64,000 bases of DNA from Patescibacteria group bacterium (lineage in GTDB: Bacteria; Patescibacteriota; Patescibacteriia; Patescibacteriales; WJLG01). Position numbers and translations under genes: made by a program. The notes below the pieces were generated by a model. The model was not told the origin of the DNA. It worked only from the letters and a program-made list of their open reading frames with translations, and searched no databases. Position 1 is the stretch's first letter; each line of letters opens with the position of its first letter. Location: NCBI GenBank assembly GCA_028707065.1, contig JAQTUZ010000006.1, positions 7,367 to 71,366 on the forward strand, written 5' to 3'. Shown one piece after another: positions 18,556-27,606 of the stretch.

Positions 18556-19416
18556 TTACTTTTTCTTCAAGGAAAAAACCGGGATGACGAATTCTTCATA
18601 TAAACTGAAATAAGGCGCGCTTTTCAAATCCGGGTTTTGCTGGCGGGAAATGATCTGAAAATATTTTTCCATCAATTCCCGATAACCTTTCTCCGCCATT
18701 ATTCCCCATTCCTTGTCATCTTTTAACATTTTCCCCAGAAACGGGCCGTTCAATAATCGCGCCACTTTTTTTGCCGGATGGACATATTTATCCTGTTGCG
18801 GATCAAAATACTTCTCTAAATATTTTCGCGCCGCCGCCATCGAGCGGGATTCGGCATTAAAATGCAGCGTCATGAATAAAACACCCTCAGCTTTTTCGTC
18901 GTTGTATTCGATAAACAAATCAAGTAATTCGTCCGCCGGGAGTTTAATGATTTTTTCCGGGGCAACGGAAAAACGCGTGACGAAAATCCCATCTTTATTT
19001 AAAAGTTCGCTAACGCGGCGCAAGAATTTATCCAAGTCCGGCGAATTGCTGAAAACCCCATCGCCCATGATCAAATCAAAAAAATTGTCAGCCAAAGGCA
19101 AAGTCGCCCAATCTGACAAAATAAAAACTTCACCCGGGATTTTACGGCTTAAAAGCGAATTCATCGCCAGATACATTTCCAGGTTGATATCCGCGCAAAC
19201 CAAATAAACGCGCCCGGCATATTCTCCGGCCAGATCGCGCAATTCCGGCGTCGAGCCTAACACCAAAACATTGATTTTTTCCTTGACTTTTAATTTTTCC
19301 TCGAAGGCCTGGCGGTAAAAAACCAAATCACCAGCGCCCGGCCGGGCCGGCCAGGTATTTTTTTTCCAATAGGCTGCGACGTTTTTCCAAGCCAGAGAAA
19401 TATGATCTTTTGCCAT
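18556..19416 (-). CDS. Class I SAM-dependent methyltransferase-like protein (paralog 4 of 5)
   Basis: VLVLGSTPELRD, LVCADIN, DLIMGDGVFSN, LLNKDGIFV. Confidence 0.65.
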   Translation of the reverse strand: MAKDHISLAWKNVAAYWKKNTWPARPGAGDLVFYRQAFEEKLKVKEKINVLVLGSTPELRDLAGEYAGRVYLVCADINLEMYLAMNSLLSRKIPGEVFILSDWATLPLADNFFDLIMGDGVFSNSPDLDKFLRRVSELLNKDGIFVTRFSVAPEKIIKLPADELLDLFIEYNDEKAEGVLFMTLHFNAESRSMAAARKYLEKYFDPQQDKYVHPAKKVARLLNGPFLGKMLKDDKEWGIMAEKGYRELMEKYFQIISRQQNPDLKSAPYFSLYEEFVIPVFSLKKK

Positions 19417-19420
19417 AGAA

Positions 19421-20295
19421 TTATTTACTTAATAAATAGAACGGCGAATGCTCGGCGAAATCGTAATCAGATGAATAAAGAATTTTCCTGATCTTAAAAT
19501 ATTTTTTCATCATTCTCTCGCCTTTCTTTTGAGCGAGATAAGTCCAAAATTTCTCTTTGACCATCCACCAAGATTTGCAGAAATATCTGAAAACTTTTTG
19601 TTCTGTCTTGCTTAAGCTCGAAATTTTATCTTGCAAAGCTCTGATTTCCTGGTCATAAATTAAGAGCGTCGCCTTTTCGTTCGTGAGAGAAGAATTTAAC
19701 AGAAGATTATTGGCAAAAAATCCCGCCGCTACCCGCACGCTTAATTTTCCTTGCGCCACGCGCTTGGCCTGTTTCTTCAATTCTTTCTCCGGTCCCCGAG
19801 ACGCTTGCTTTTCGGCGCGAGTAAGATTTCGGGTGATAAAATAGCCGTCTGATTTTAATATTTTTTTGGCTTGGGAAAAAAATTCGCTTTCATGGCCGCC
19901 GATATTACCCAAAAGATAGTCGCCGATGCAAACATCAACGCTGCCGGGTTTGATCACTTTGGCGGCCACGATCCAATTTCCCTCGACAAATTTTTCTCTG
20001 TTATTTTTTTTCTTAACCATTGAAGTCATGGCAATAAACATGTCTTTGGTCATTTCCAAACATGATACTTTCGCGCCTTGTTTTTGGCTGTACCGCGAGA
20101 GTAGGTCCCGAATTTCCGGCGTGGAACCGTAAACAACGATAACCGCGTTCTTCTTGCCTTGAAGGGCGATTTTAAGAAATTTATCGTAATTTTTCAGATC
20201 TTCCCGGCTGGGTCGGCCGGGAGAGGAAAGCAAGCGCCAAAGCTTAGACATTGTTTGCCACTTTTCGCGATGTTTTTTAAACTTACTATCAGTCA
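19421..20295 (-). CDS. Class I SAM-dependent methyltransferase-like protein (paralog 5 of 5)
   Basis: VVYGSTPEIRD, VSCLEMT, DVCIGDYLLGN, ILKSDGYFI. The track start at 20317 is a TTG inside the predicted 5' UTR, so ATG 20295 (MTDSKFKK) is preferred. Confidence 0.6.
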
Positions 20296-20328
20296 TAAAA
20301 AAATATTTTATTACCAAGATAGAATGTT

Positions 20329-20357
20329 ATTTTAGCAAAAAAAATGAATTTAGTCAA
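20329..20357 (-). promoter_or_regulatory. Sigma70-type promoter for the methyltransferase block
   Basis: Minus strand reads TTGACT, 17 nt (aaattcattttttttgc), TAAAAT, with TGn extended -10; about 30 nt upstream of ATG 20295. Confidence 0.6.
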
Positions 20358-20393
20358 AATAAAAAGGCCGTCGCGTAAAACTGCGCAACGGCC
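20358..20393 (-). terminator. Rho-independent terminator after PLP gene 20418..21497
   Basis: Minus strand: ggccgttgcgc-agtttta-cgcgacggcc hairpin followed by tttttatttt. Confidence 0.65.
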
Positions 20394-20417
20394 CCGAAAA
20401 ACAATGTCTCTTGACTA

Positions 20418-21497
20418 TTAATCGAGAGAATCCAAAGCGATCATCAAAGTGTCGGTGTTCGCCTTGTTCCTTTGCCGGCCTACCGAAATCCGGGTCAAAC
20501 CAGGCTCATCGACATATTTGGCAAGCGGTCCGACAAAGGGACAGATTCGCCACTCGTTCGAGCCGAAACTCACCGCAATGGTCCAATCGACTTTGTTGAC
20601 CACCCCGTCAGCGATTTTTTTCGCCGCTTCTTCGCCGCCTTTGGGAACGATGTACAAGACTCCGCCGCCCAAACCGCCATACCATTTTTCAAGAACCCCG
20701 TCATCCGTCAAAGTCGGATAATAAACGCTCTTGATTGCCGGGTGTTTCAGACAGGCTCGGGCCAGTTCGTCCGCAGCCAGGGAATGCGCCTCATACCGTG
20801 CCTTTGTTTCCGCAACATGCTCGAGATAATATTCGGCCGTCGAAGGTAACATGGCGAAGTTGGCAAACAGCGGGAATTTGGCGATCTTTTCGATTGTGGC
20901 AATGCTGGCGGAAATGCGGCCCCCGGCGGCTTCATCTTCGGGCTGCTCGTACTTGGTGAGCGATCCGATTAAGACGAGATTTTCCCACTGGTATTCCTCG
21001 GGAACCCAAAGCGGGGTGAAGGTTGAATCAATGACCAGGTAATTGCGGCAATCCGCGGTATAAGTGTCTGGGTCAATAACCGGCATGGTTTTGGAATTGC
21101 CGATCGTTTCCACAAAGCACATCTTAACCTCCGCAGTCAGCGAATGCATCATGGCAAAGATATCCGTGGTGAGCGGGTCAAACCAAAGGACTTTCAAAAT
21201 TCCTCTGGCCTCCAGCTCCTTGAACAGATTTTTTGTGCCGGGATAAATTTCGGTCGAAACCGCGACCAGATCGCCGGTTGAAGTCAGCGCCAGCACGGTG
21301 GCGAGCACTGCATTTCTGCCTTTGTCGACCACCAGCGTATCTGCTCCGCCGTAATAGCCGGACAAATATTGTTCCAGTATTCTCGTCGCCGGGCTTCCGG
21401 TCAAATAATGACCTTCATCCCAGGTCCGTAGCATTTCGCTAACCGAATCATGATGCCGGACGATACCGAGCCACGGATTTTTTCCGAGATTTTCCAT
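20418..21497 (-). CDS. Cys/Met-metabolism-type PLP-dependent enzyme (359 aa)
   Basis: TRILEQYLSGYYGGADTLVVDKGRNAVLATVLAL...VAVSTEIYPGT. Candidate PLP lysine in LIGSLTKYEQ. Has its own promoter and terminator. Confidence 0.65.
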   Translation of the reverse strand: MENLGKNPWLGIVRHHDSVSEMLRTWDEGHYLTGSPATRILEQYLSGYYGGADTLVVDKGRNAVLATVLALTSTGDLVAVSTEIYPGTKNLFKELEARGILKVLWFDPLTTDIFAMMHSLTAEVKMCFVETIGNSKTMPVIDPDTYTADCRNYLVIDSTFTPLWVPEEYQWENLVLIGSLTKYEQPEDEAAGGRISASIATIEKIAKFPLFANFAMLPSTAEYYLEHVAETKARYEAHSLAADELARACLKHPAIKSVYYPTLTDDGVLEKWYGGLGGGVLYIVPKGGEEAAKKIADGVVNKVDWTIAVSFGSNEWRICPFVGPLAKYVDEPGLTRISVGRQRNKANTDTLMIALDSLD

Positions 21498-21564
21498 AAC
21501 AAACCACCTCTCTTTTTTTATTGTTTATAGTTTAATGATCACGAATAAATTACAGTAACTTTGA

Positions 21565-21593
21565 ATTATATCACAAAAATCGAATTAAGTCAA
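21565..21593 (-). promoter_or_regulatory. Strong sigma70-type promoter for PLP gene 20418..21497
   Basis: Minus strand reads TTGACT, 17 nt, TATAAT, preceded by TGa (extended -10); about 68 nt upstream of ATG 21497. Confidence 0.65.
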
Positions 21594-21594
21594 T

Positions 21595-21626
21595 AAAACC
21601 GCTCAATCCTGCAAAGTAAGCGGTTT
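21595..21626 (-). terminator. Putative terminator hairpin after swivel gene 21650..22663
   Basis: Minus strand: aaaaccgct-tactttgcaggattg-agcggtttt followed by attgac. The U-tract is partly inside the stem, so this is weaker than the others. Confidence 0.4.
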
Positions 21627-21649
21627 TATCTAATTTTAGGTAAAAAATA

Positions 21650-22663
21650 TTATAAAATTTTCACTATTCCCTTATTAGCATCGACTTCCACCAGATCACC
21701 GTCGCGCAAAACCTTGGTGGCTATCTTCGTTCCGATAACACAGGGAATTCCTAACTCGCGGGAAACGATCGCGGCGTGGCAAGTGACTCCGCCCTCGTCC
21801 GTTACGATTGCCGCGGCTTTTTTTATTATGGGGACAAAAGACGGCTCGGTCATCTCGGCCACTAGAATTTCGCCCGGTTGAAAATTCGCGAACTGTTTTT
21901 TTGAGATGATGATCCTCGCCCTTCCCTTTGCCCAGCCAGAGCAAGCGATAGTGCCTTTAATATTATTTCTCGGCTGGACAGTTTCTTTCTCCAGCGTAAT
22001 TTTATTTTCCCTTAATTTAACTTTTAATTCCTCAGGCGTATACAATTTACCATTAAACAAAGCATAGCCGCCCAGGCGCTTTTTGATCTTGGTTAAACTA
22101 TTCAAAGAAAGTTTTTTGATTTCATCCACCATCACAACGGGAAATATTTTTTCCCATCCCGGATTCAACTTATTCCAAACGTCGGCCAAGGGCTGGGAAG
22201 TTGTGCTGGAATATTTTTCATACTTTGCTCTTAATCCCAGCGCTTTATTTTTATCTTTCTCTGGCAGACCTGCCACATTAGGAGCATCAAAAATCAAAGT
22301 CATCGCCGACCACCAGCGGGTTAAAGCACTATAATATTTTCTCGCTTGCCGCGCATTGGCCAGCTTTTTCTTTCCGGAAATATAAAGAAACATATAGGGC
22401 CAATTCTCTTTCAGTGTTTTAGATAATTTTTTGAGAAAACCTCTGTCTTGCTTTGCCTCTCTGAGAATCAAATTATATCTTTCGTCAGTTTCACGCTGAT
22501 TGAAAAAAACCGATGTTTTCTCGCCTTGGCGCAAAAAAAGAGTATGTTTAAGTTTGAGTCCTAAAAATCTCTGGCAGCCCAGCCGATTGCTTTCATTCCA
22601 CATGCAAAAATAAACCAATGGCCGCTCCCGGGAAAATTCTTTGGCAAGTTTTATTGTTTTCAT
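21650..22663 (-). CDS. Phosphohistidine swivel-domain protein, short class (337 aa)
   Basis: C-terminus VTDEGGVTCHAAIVSRELGIPCVIGTKIATKVLRDGDLVEVDANKG. Its start overlaps the upstream stop by 4 nt. Confidence 0.85.
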   Translation of the reverse strand: MKTIKLAKEFSRERPLVYFCMWNESNRLGCQRFLGLKLKHTLFLRQGEKTSVFFNQRETDERYNLILREAKQDRGFLKKLSKTLKENWPYMFLYISGKKKLANARQARKYYSALTRWWSAMTLIFDAPNVAGLPEKDKNKALGLRAKYEKYSSTTSQPLADVWNKLNPGWEKIFPVVMVDEIKKLSLNSLTKIKKRLGGYALFNGKLYTPEELKVKLRENKITLEKETVQPRNNIKGTIACSGWAKGRARIIISKKQFANFQPGEILVAEMTEPSFVPIIKKAAAIVTDEGGVTCHAAIVSRELGIPCVIGTKIATKVLRDGDLVEVDANKGIVKIL

Positions 22664-24165
22664 TTGGTTATGATCTTAACAATTCCCTGGTTCGCGTCCA
22701 CTTCTACCAGATCTCCGTCGCGCAGAACCTTGGTGGCGATCTTCGTGCCGATGATACAGGGTTTTTTCATTTCGCGGGCGATGATCGCCGCATGACAAGT
22801 TATTCCGCCTTGATCAGTGACAAAAGCGGCAGCCTTTTTCATTAGCGGCACATATTCCGGGGTTGTCTGATTGACGACTAAAATTTCTCCGGCTTTAAAA
22901 TTTTTAACCTCAGAAAAACTGAAAATCACCCGAGCAATCCCCCGTACTACACCTCGATAAGCTGCTGCTCCGCGCACCTCTTTCAAATTATGAAATTCTT
23001 GAAAATAATAATTTATCGGCAAATCTTTATCATAGCGGGAGCGAGGAATAAGATGAATATCTTCGTTGCAATAAATCGCCAGCACTCCCTTGTCGCGGCG
23101 TTGTTTTATTTCCAACCAATCAATTTTTTTAAATTTTTCTTCAGACAAAAATTCCATTGGCGTAATACAAAAGATCAGGCTGCGGTCAAGTTTTTCTTTC
23201 TTGGCCACGGCTTGCAGAGCTTCGTAAAAAATCGTATCACTCCGCAGGACTCCGCCTTTCCTTTTATCCTGAATATCCGTAAAAAATTCCGACGTTTCTA
23301 TCAAACCGCGTAAAAACGGTGAAATTTTTAATTTATTAAATAAGATTCGTTTTACCTGGCGATTATGGATATAACGTTCATTTTCTTCCTTAATTTTTTG
23401 ATTGATTTTGTTACCGAGTTTTTTTAATTCTTCCCGGACTTCGCGGTAGATATCGGCGACGGAAACTCTCTGATACAAAAAATAGCTTGAGCGCGCCCAG
23501 AAAAATTTGGCTGCTAATTTTTTACAATCGACCAGGATTAATTTTTTATTTTTTCCAGCAATTATCTTTTGGGCAATTTTTAATTTTCCCAGTTCAAATT
23601 CGTTGACGAAGGAATTGAAAACCGGCGCAGTCAATTTAGCGATCACTTCGCTGGTCGCCTTTTTCCCAAGTTCATCCTTGATTATTTTTTCAAACCAATC
23701 TTCTTCCGAATCATCCAGGAAAGCATCGACCACATATCCATAAACGGCATTATCGATAATCTTCCGATAAAGATTAGCTGTTCTTTTCCTGATCTCCTTG
23801 ACTGACAATTTATTAAAATCAACTTGAGCTAGCTCATTCCAGGCAGAAAGATAGTCGGCCAGCGATTTATTCCAAAGTTTGTAAAATTTTGCGCTGAATT
23901 TATTATCTTTCTTAATTGCGTTAAGAATATCCTTTCTTTTTTGCAACAATAAATTTCTATCCCAGAACCAATCGATATAGTTCGCTCGATTATGGTTTTG
24001 GAAATGAAAACCGTACTGCATCGCATAGGGGCTGGCTTTTTCTCCGTGAGCGACGGCCAAACCCTGCAAAGCCATACCAAACAAATAACCAGGCGCGCTT
24101 TTTTTATAAAAGGCGGTTTTATTTTTAATTCTTGCGAATGATTTTTTAAAAGTATACTGGCTCAT
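22660..24165 (-). CDS. Phosphohistidine swivel-domain protein, long class (501 aa)
   Basis: C-terminus VTDQGGITCHAAIIAREMKKPCIIGT; N-domain LTAPVFNSFVNEFELGKL, AKFFWARSSY, DIQDKRK. Confidence 0.85.
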   Translation of the reverse strand: MSQYTFKKSFARIKNKTAFYKKSAPGYLFGMALQGLAVAHGEKASPYAMQYGFHFQNHNRANYIDWFWDRNLLLQKRKDILNAIKKDNKFSAKFYKLWNKSLADYLSAWNELAQVDFNKLSVKEIRKRTANLYRKIIDNAVYGYVVDAFLDDSEEDWFEKIIKDELGKKATSEVIAKLTAPVFNSFVNEFELGKLKIAQKIIAGKNKKLILVDCKKLAAKFFWARSSYFLYQRVSVADIYREVREELKKLGNKINQKIKEENERYIHNRQVKRILFNKLKISPFLRGLIETSEFFTDIQDKRKGGVLRSDTIFYEALQAVAKKEKLDRSLIFCITPMEFLSEEKFKKIDWLEIKQRRDKGVLAIYCNEDIHLIPRSRYDKDLPINYYFQEFHNLKEVRGAAAYRGVVRGIARVIFSFSEVKNFKAGEILVVNQTTPEYVPLMKKAAAFVTDQGGITCHAAIIAREMKKPCIIGTKIATKVLRDGDLVEVDANQGIVKIITK

Positions 24166-24174
24166 AGATATTTA

Positions 24175-25263
24175 TTATTTGATGATTTTCACTATCCCCT
24201 TATCCGCGTCCACTTCCACCAGATCGCCGTCGCGCAGAACTTTGGTGGCGATCTTCGTGCCGATGACGCAGGGCTTTTTCAGCTCGCGAGAGACAATGGC
24301 GGCATGGCAAGTGATGCCGCCCTCATCGGTGATAATGGCGACGGCTTTCTTTAATACCGGCAAATAATCGGGCGTGGTCATTGAAGACACAATAACATCC
24401 CCCGTTTCAACTTTCCCAAAATCGAGGTTTGATAAAACTATTTTAACTTTTCCTTTAGCTTTGCCGGCACAAGCGATCGATCCTTTTATCTCCTCTGCGG
24501 CTTCTGCCTGATATTTTTTTAGTGACCATCCTTTTCTAGCAACCAGATCATCTATTCTTTCCGAGCTTAAGCCGGCACGGGAAACTAAAAAATAATTTTT
24601 TCTTTGTTTGATTATTTTTACATCCGCTTTCCGCCCCGAAAAAATCGCCTGAATTTCTTCTAAAGATAAATACTTTTTTAAAGAATCGTCCTTAAAACCA
24701 GCGCGCTTAACAGCTTCCGCTCCGATCATAATCGAAAAATCATTGACAAGCGGCGCCATTTTTTCAACTTCTCGGCGAGCTGAAATTGCGGCCGTTATCG
24801 ACTGCTCGTATTTAGAGACATCAGCATGATTTTCCATCTGAAAAGGAAAGGAGAGATCAAGTGAGAAAGACGGGCCGATTTCGTCGAGCTTACCAGAAAA
24901 ATCACTGACTAGTTGAAAAAGTTCTTGGCCGGACATACTTCTCAAACCTTCTTTTTTTACCTTTTCACACCAATCCAATAATGCAGAAACCTTCAATCTT
25001 AATTCGCCGACAATTCTAATGAGCCACTGGTCGTCAGCGGAAATCTTGGAAATAATAAAATCTCGTAGCGAAACGTAGCGTTCGACCGGCGGATGATAAA
25101 CCGTTACCACATTATTTTCTCCTTCAATAATTGCATCGGTATAGCTCCAACCGAATTGTTTTTCGAATTCGGTCGTATACGAGCGGTGCCACAATTCGCT
25201 AAATAGCACCGACCAATCGCGTGAAATACTTTTTTCAAATTCAATCCTGTTTTTTTGACTCAT
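24175..25263 (-). CDS. Phosphohistidine swivel-domain protein, short class (362 aa)
   Basis: C-terminus ITDEGGITCHAAIVSRELKKPCVIGT. Confidence 0.85.
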   Translation of the reverse strand: MSQKNRIEFEKSISRDWSVLFSELWHRSYTTEFEKQFGWSYTDAIIEGENNVVTVYHPPVERYVSLRDFIISKISADDQWLIRIVGELRLKVSALLDWCEKVKKEGLRSMSGQELFQLVSDFSGKLDEIGPSFSLDLSFPFQMENHADVSKYEQSITAAISARREVEKMAPLVNDFSIMIGAEAVKRAGFKDDSLKKYLSLEEIQAIFSGRKADVKIIKQRKNYFLVSRAGLSSERIDDLVARKGWSLKKYQAEAAEEIKGSIACAGKAKGKVKIVLSNLDFGKVETGDVIVSSMTTPDYLPVLKKAVAIITDEGGITCHAAIVSRELKKPCVIGTKIATKVLRDGDLVEVDADKGIVKIIK

Positions 25264-25267
25264 TAAT

Positions 25268-26545
25268 TTATTTTAAAATTTTTACGATCCCTTTGTCCGC
25301 GTCCACTTCCACCAGATCGCCGTCACGCAGAACTTTGGTGGCGATCTTCGTGCCGATGACGCAGGGCTTCTTCAGTTCTCGGGCGATGATCGCCGCATGG
25401 CAGGTTATGCCGCCCTCGTCAGTCACAAAAGCCGAGGCTTTCTGCATCGCGGAAATAAAAGACGGCAGAGTCATGGGTGAAACCAAGACCTCGCCTTTTT
25501 TGATCTTGCCCAATTCTCGGGGATGGCGGATGATTTTCACGACTCCTCTGACCACGCCTTTAAAGGCGGATAAGCCCTTGATGTTCTCGCTGGAATTTTC
25601 GGCAAAAGATACTATCGGCTGGTTAGAAATTATTTGGGAACCATGACTATAAAAATAACTGAATTTTTCAGGATAGCGGCGCGGCTCGCCGGCAAAAATC
25701 GATTCAAGATCATAGTGTGCCAATTCCTCAAAGGAAACTCCGATCGATTCCGCCAGCTCCATAAAGATCGGCCGCGCCAAGCCAAGGGCTTCATAGAACT
25801 TATCGGTCCGGTCAGTGCGCAAAAAAACCAATTCTTGAATTTCGGAAAATATTTTTTTGAACCGGGCCGGTATTTTTACTTTGGCCGCGACTGCTCGGGG
25901 AGAATTTCTCTTGATTTCGGCCAAATCCTTAAGGCTGTAAAAATCGGAAAATCCATCCCGGCTTTTCAGCCAGGCGTATTTTTTTCTTACCGCCGCCAAA
26001 CTTTTTCCCGACTGGAGAGCTGAAAGCATTTTTCCATATTCATTTTTTTTCCGCGGCGCACTCGCTTCACCGATAAATTTTTCATCGCCCTTAAAATATT
26101 TTTCCACTTTTTCCGCTACCAATTCGCGGCAATATTCTTCTAAAGGAATAGAAAGCCAAATAAAAGGAAAATAGGCTCTAATCAGCTCTAAAGTTCTCCT
26201 CATTTTTTCCCTGGCCTTCATTTTTTTATTTTTTACCAGAGCCCTGATTGCTTTTTTATTGTTCCGGTGGGTTTTTTCTAATTGCCGAGTGATGTAAAAA
26301 ACGCTTCTTTTTGCCAAAAATTTTTTCAAATAGACAAAATTCTGATCATTGGCTTTCCGGGAATAATATATGTTGGGGAATTGATAAAGCCCGACCTCAT
26401 AACCGAAGCCTTTTAGGCCAACCCTGGTAAAATTTTTCTTCGTCGGCCCGGGCAAGAAAAACGAGGCCACAAAAGCGCCATACGGCCTTTCCAGCCAATG
26501 CACCCATTCAATTTTTCTAGCCTCTTTCAACGATTTCAATTGCAT
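25268..26545 (-). CDS. Phosphohistidine swivel-domain protein, intermediate length (425 aa)
   Basis: C-terminus VTDEGGITCHAAIIARELKKPCVIGT. Confidence 0.85.
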   Translation of the reverse strand: MQLKSLKEARKIEWVHWLERPYGAFVASFFLPGPTKKNFTRVGLKGFGYEVGLYQFPNIYYSRKANDQNFVYLKKFLAKRSVFYITRQLEKTHRNNKKAIRALVKNKKMKAREKMRRTLELIRAYFPFIWLSIPLEEYCRELVAEKVEKYFKGDEKFIGEASAPRKKNEYGKMLSALQSGKSLAAVRKKYAWLKSRDGFSDFYSLKDLAEIKRNSPRAVAAKVKIPARFKKIFSEIQELVFLRTDRTDKFYEALGLARPIFMELAESIGVSFEELAHYDLESIFAGEPRRYPEKFSYFYSHGSQIISNQPIVSFAENSSENIKGLSAFKGVVRGVVKIIRHPRELGKIKKGEVLVSPMTLPSFISAMQKASAFVTDEGGITCHAAIIARELKKPCVIGTKIATKVLRDGDLVEVDADKGIVKILK

Positions 26546-26556
26546 TTAAAATTATC

Positions 26557-27603
26557 TTATTTGATTATTTTCACTACCCCTCGATCGGCATCGACTTCCA
26601 CCAAGTCGCCGTCATGCAAAACCTTGGTGGCGATCTTCGTGCCGATGACGCAGGGCTTCTTCAGTTCTCGGGCGATGATCGCGGCGTGGCAGGTGATTCC
26701 GCCTTCATCGGTAATAATTGCCCCGCATTTTTTAATCAAGGCCATTAATTCCGGGCTAGTGCTCGTCGCCACTAAAATATCTCCCTCATTAAAAACAATG
26801 GATTTTATTTCGTTGGTTAAAACTAAACGCACTGTCCCTTTTGCAAAGCCGCCATAAGCGGAATTACCTCTGACGATATCAGTCAACTTACTGGCTCCTT
26901 CTATTTTACTGATGATTTTGCCCGGATCTTTAACCCAGGAAATTCTTTCCGCACCGTTAAAATTTCGGTAAACGAAAAACTTACCCTTCTTTGATTCGGA
27001 AACTCTTTTCGACAAGTTTACTCTTTTTTTCTGTAATATCTCGTTCAGAGTAACAAAGTTGATTTCCTCTCTGTTTTTCAAACCGAGCGACTCGCGCTCT
27101 TTAAGCGCCAAAGGCACGATGATTTTATTTATCACCCTTTCATAATAAGAAACCATTCTTAACTTTCTGACCAAAGCAAAAATTCTCTTGTCCTTAGTCG
27201 AATTGGTTAGAGCGTCGCCGGATTTAAAAGGCAAAACCGTGCAAAGCAAAGATAGCTCAATCATAAAATCGACGGCCGATTTAAAATCCTTAAAATTATT
27301 CTTTTTAATTTCCCGGACCGCCTTGGTATTTAAAACCAATCCGCGCTTCAGCAACTTTTCCAGTTTATTTTTATTTTTCAGAACTAAATTATTTAGAGCC
27401 CGGTAAAACTTGGCTTGTTCATCTCGGCGCCGATAATATCTTACAACTCCTTTGGGGTGCTCGATCATTAAACAATTCTTAAAATTTGCTCCAACTGTAT
27501 GAAGGTACAATTTAGAATAATACCATTCGCGCCACAAAGAAGCGCCGAAAAGAGTGAATGGCCGGGCAAGATACAATTCCCATTTCTTTATTTTTTGTCT
27601 CAT
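26557..27603 (-). CDS. Phosphohistidine swivel-domain protein, short class (348 aa)
   Basis: C-terminus ITDEGGITCHAAIIARELKKPCVIGT. Confidence 0.85.
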   Translation of the reverse strand: MRQKIKKWELYLARPFTLFGASLWREWYYSKLYLHTVGANFKNCLMIEHPKGVVRYYRRRDEQAKFYRALNNLVLKNKNKLEKLLKRGLVLNTKAVREIKKNNFKDFKSAVDFMIELSLLCTVLPFKSGDALTNSTKDKRIFALVRKLRMVSYYERVINKIIVPLALKERESLGLKNREEINFVTLNEILQKKRVNLSKRVSESKKGKFFVYRNFNGAERISWVKDPGKIISKIEGASKLTDIVRGNSAYGGFAKGTVRLVLTNEIKSIVFNEGDILVATSTSPELMALIKKCGAIITDEGGITCHAAIIARELKKPCVIGTKIATKVLHDGDLVEVDADRGVVKIIK

Positions 27604-27606
27604 AGA

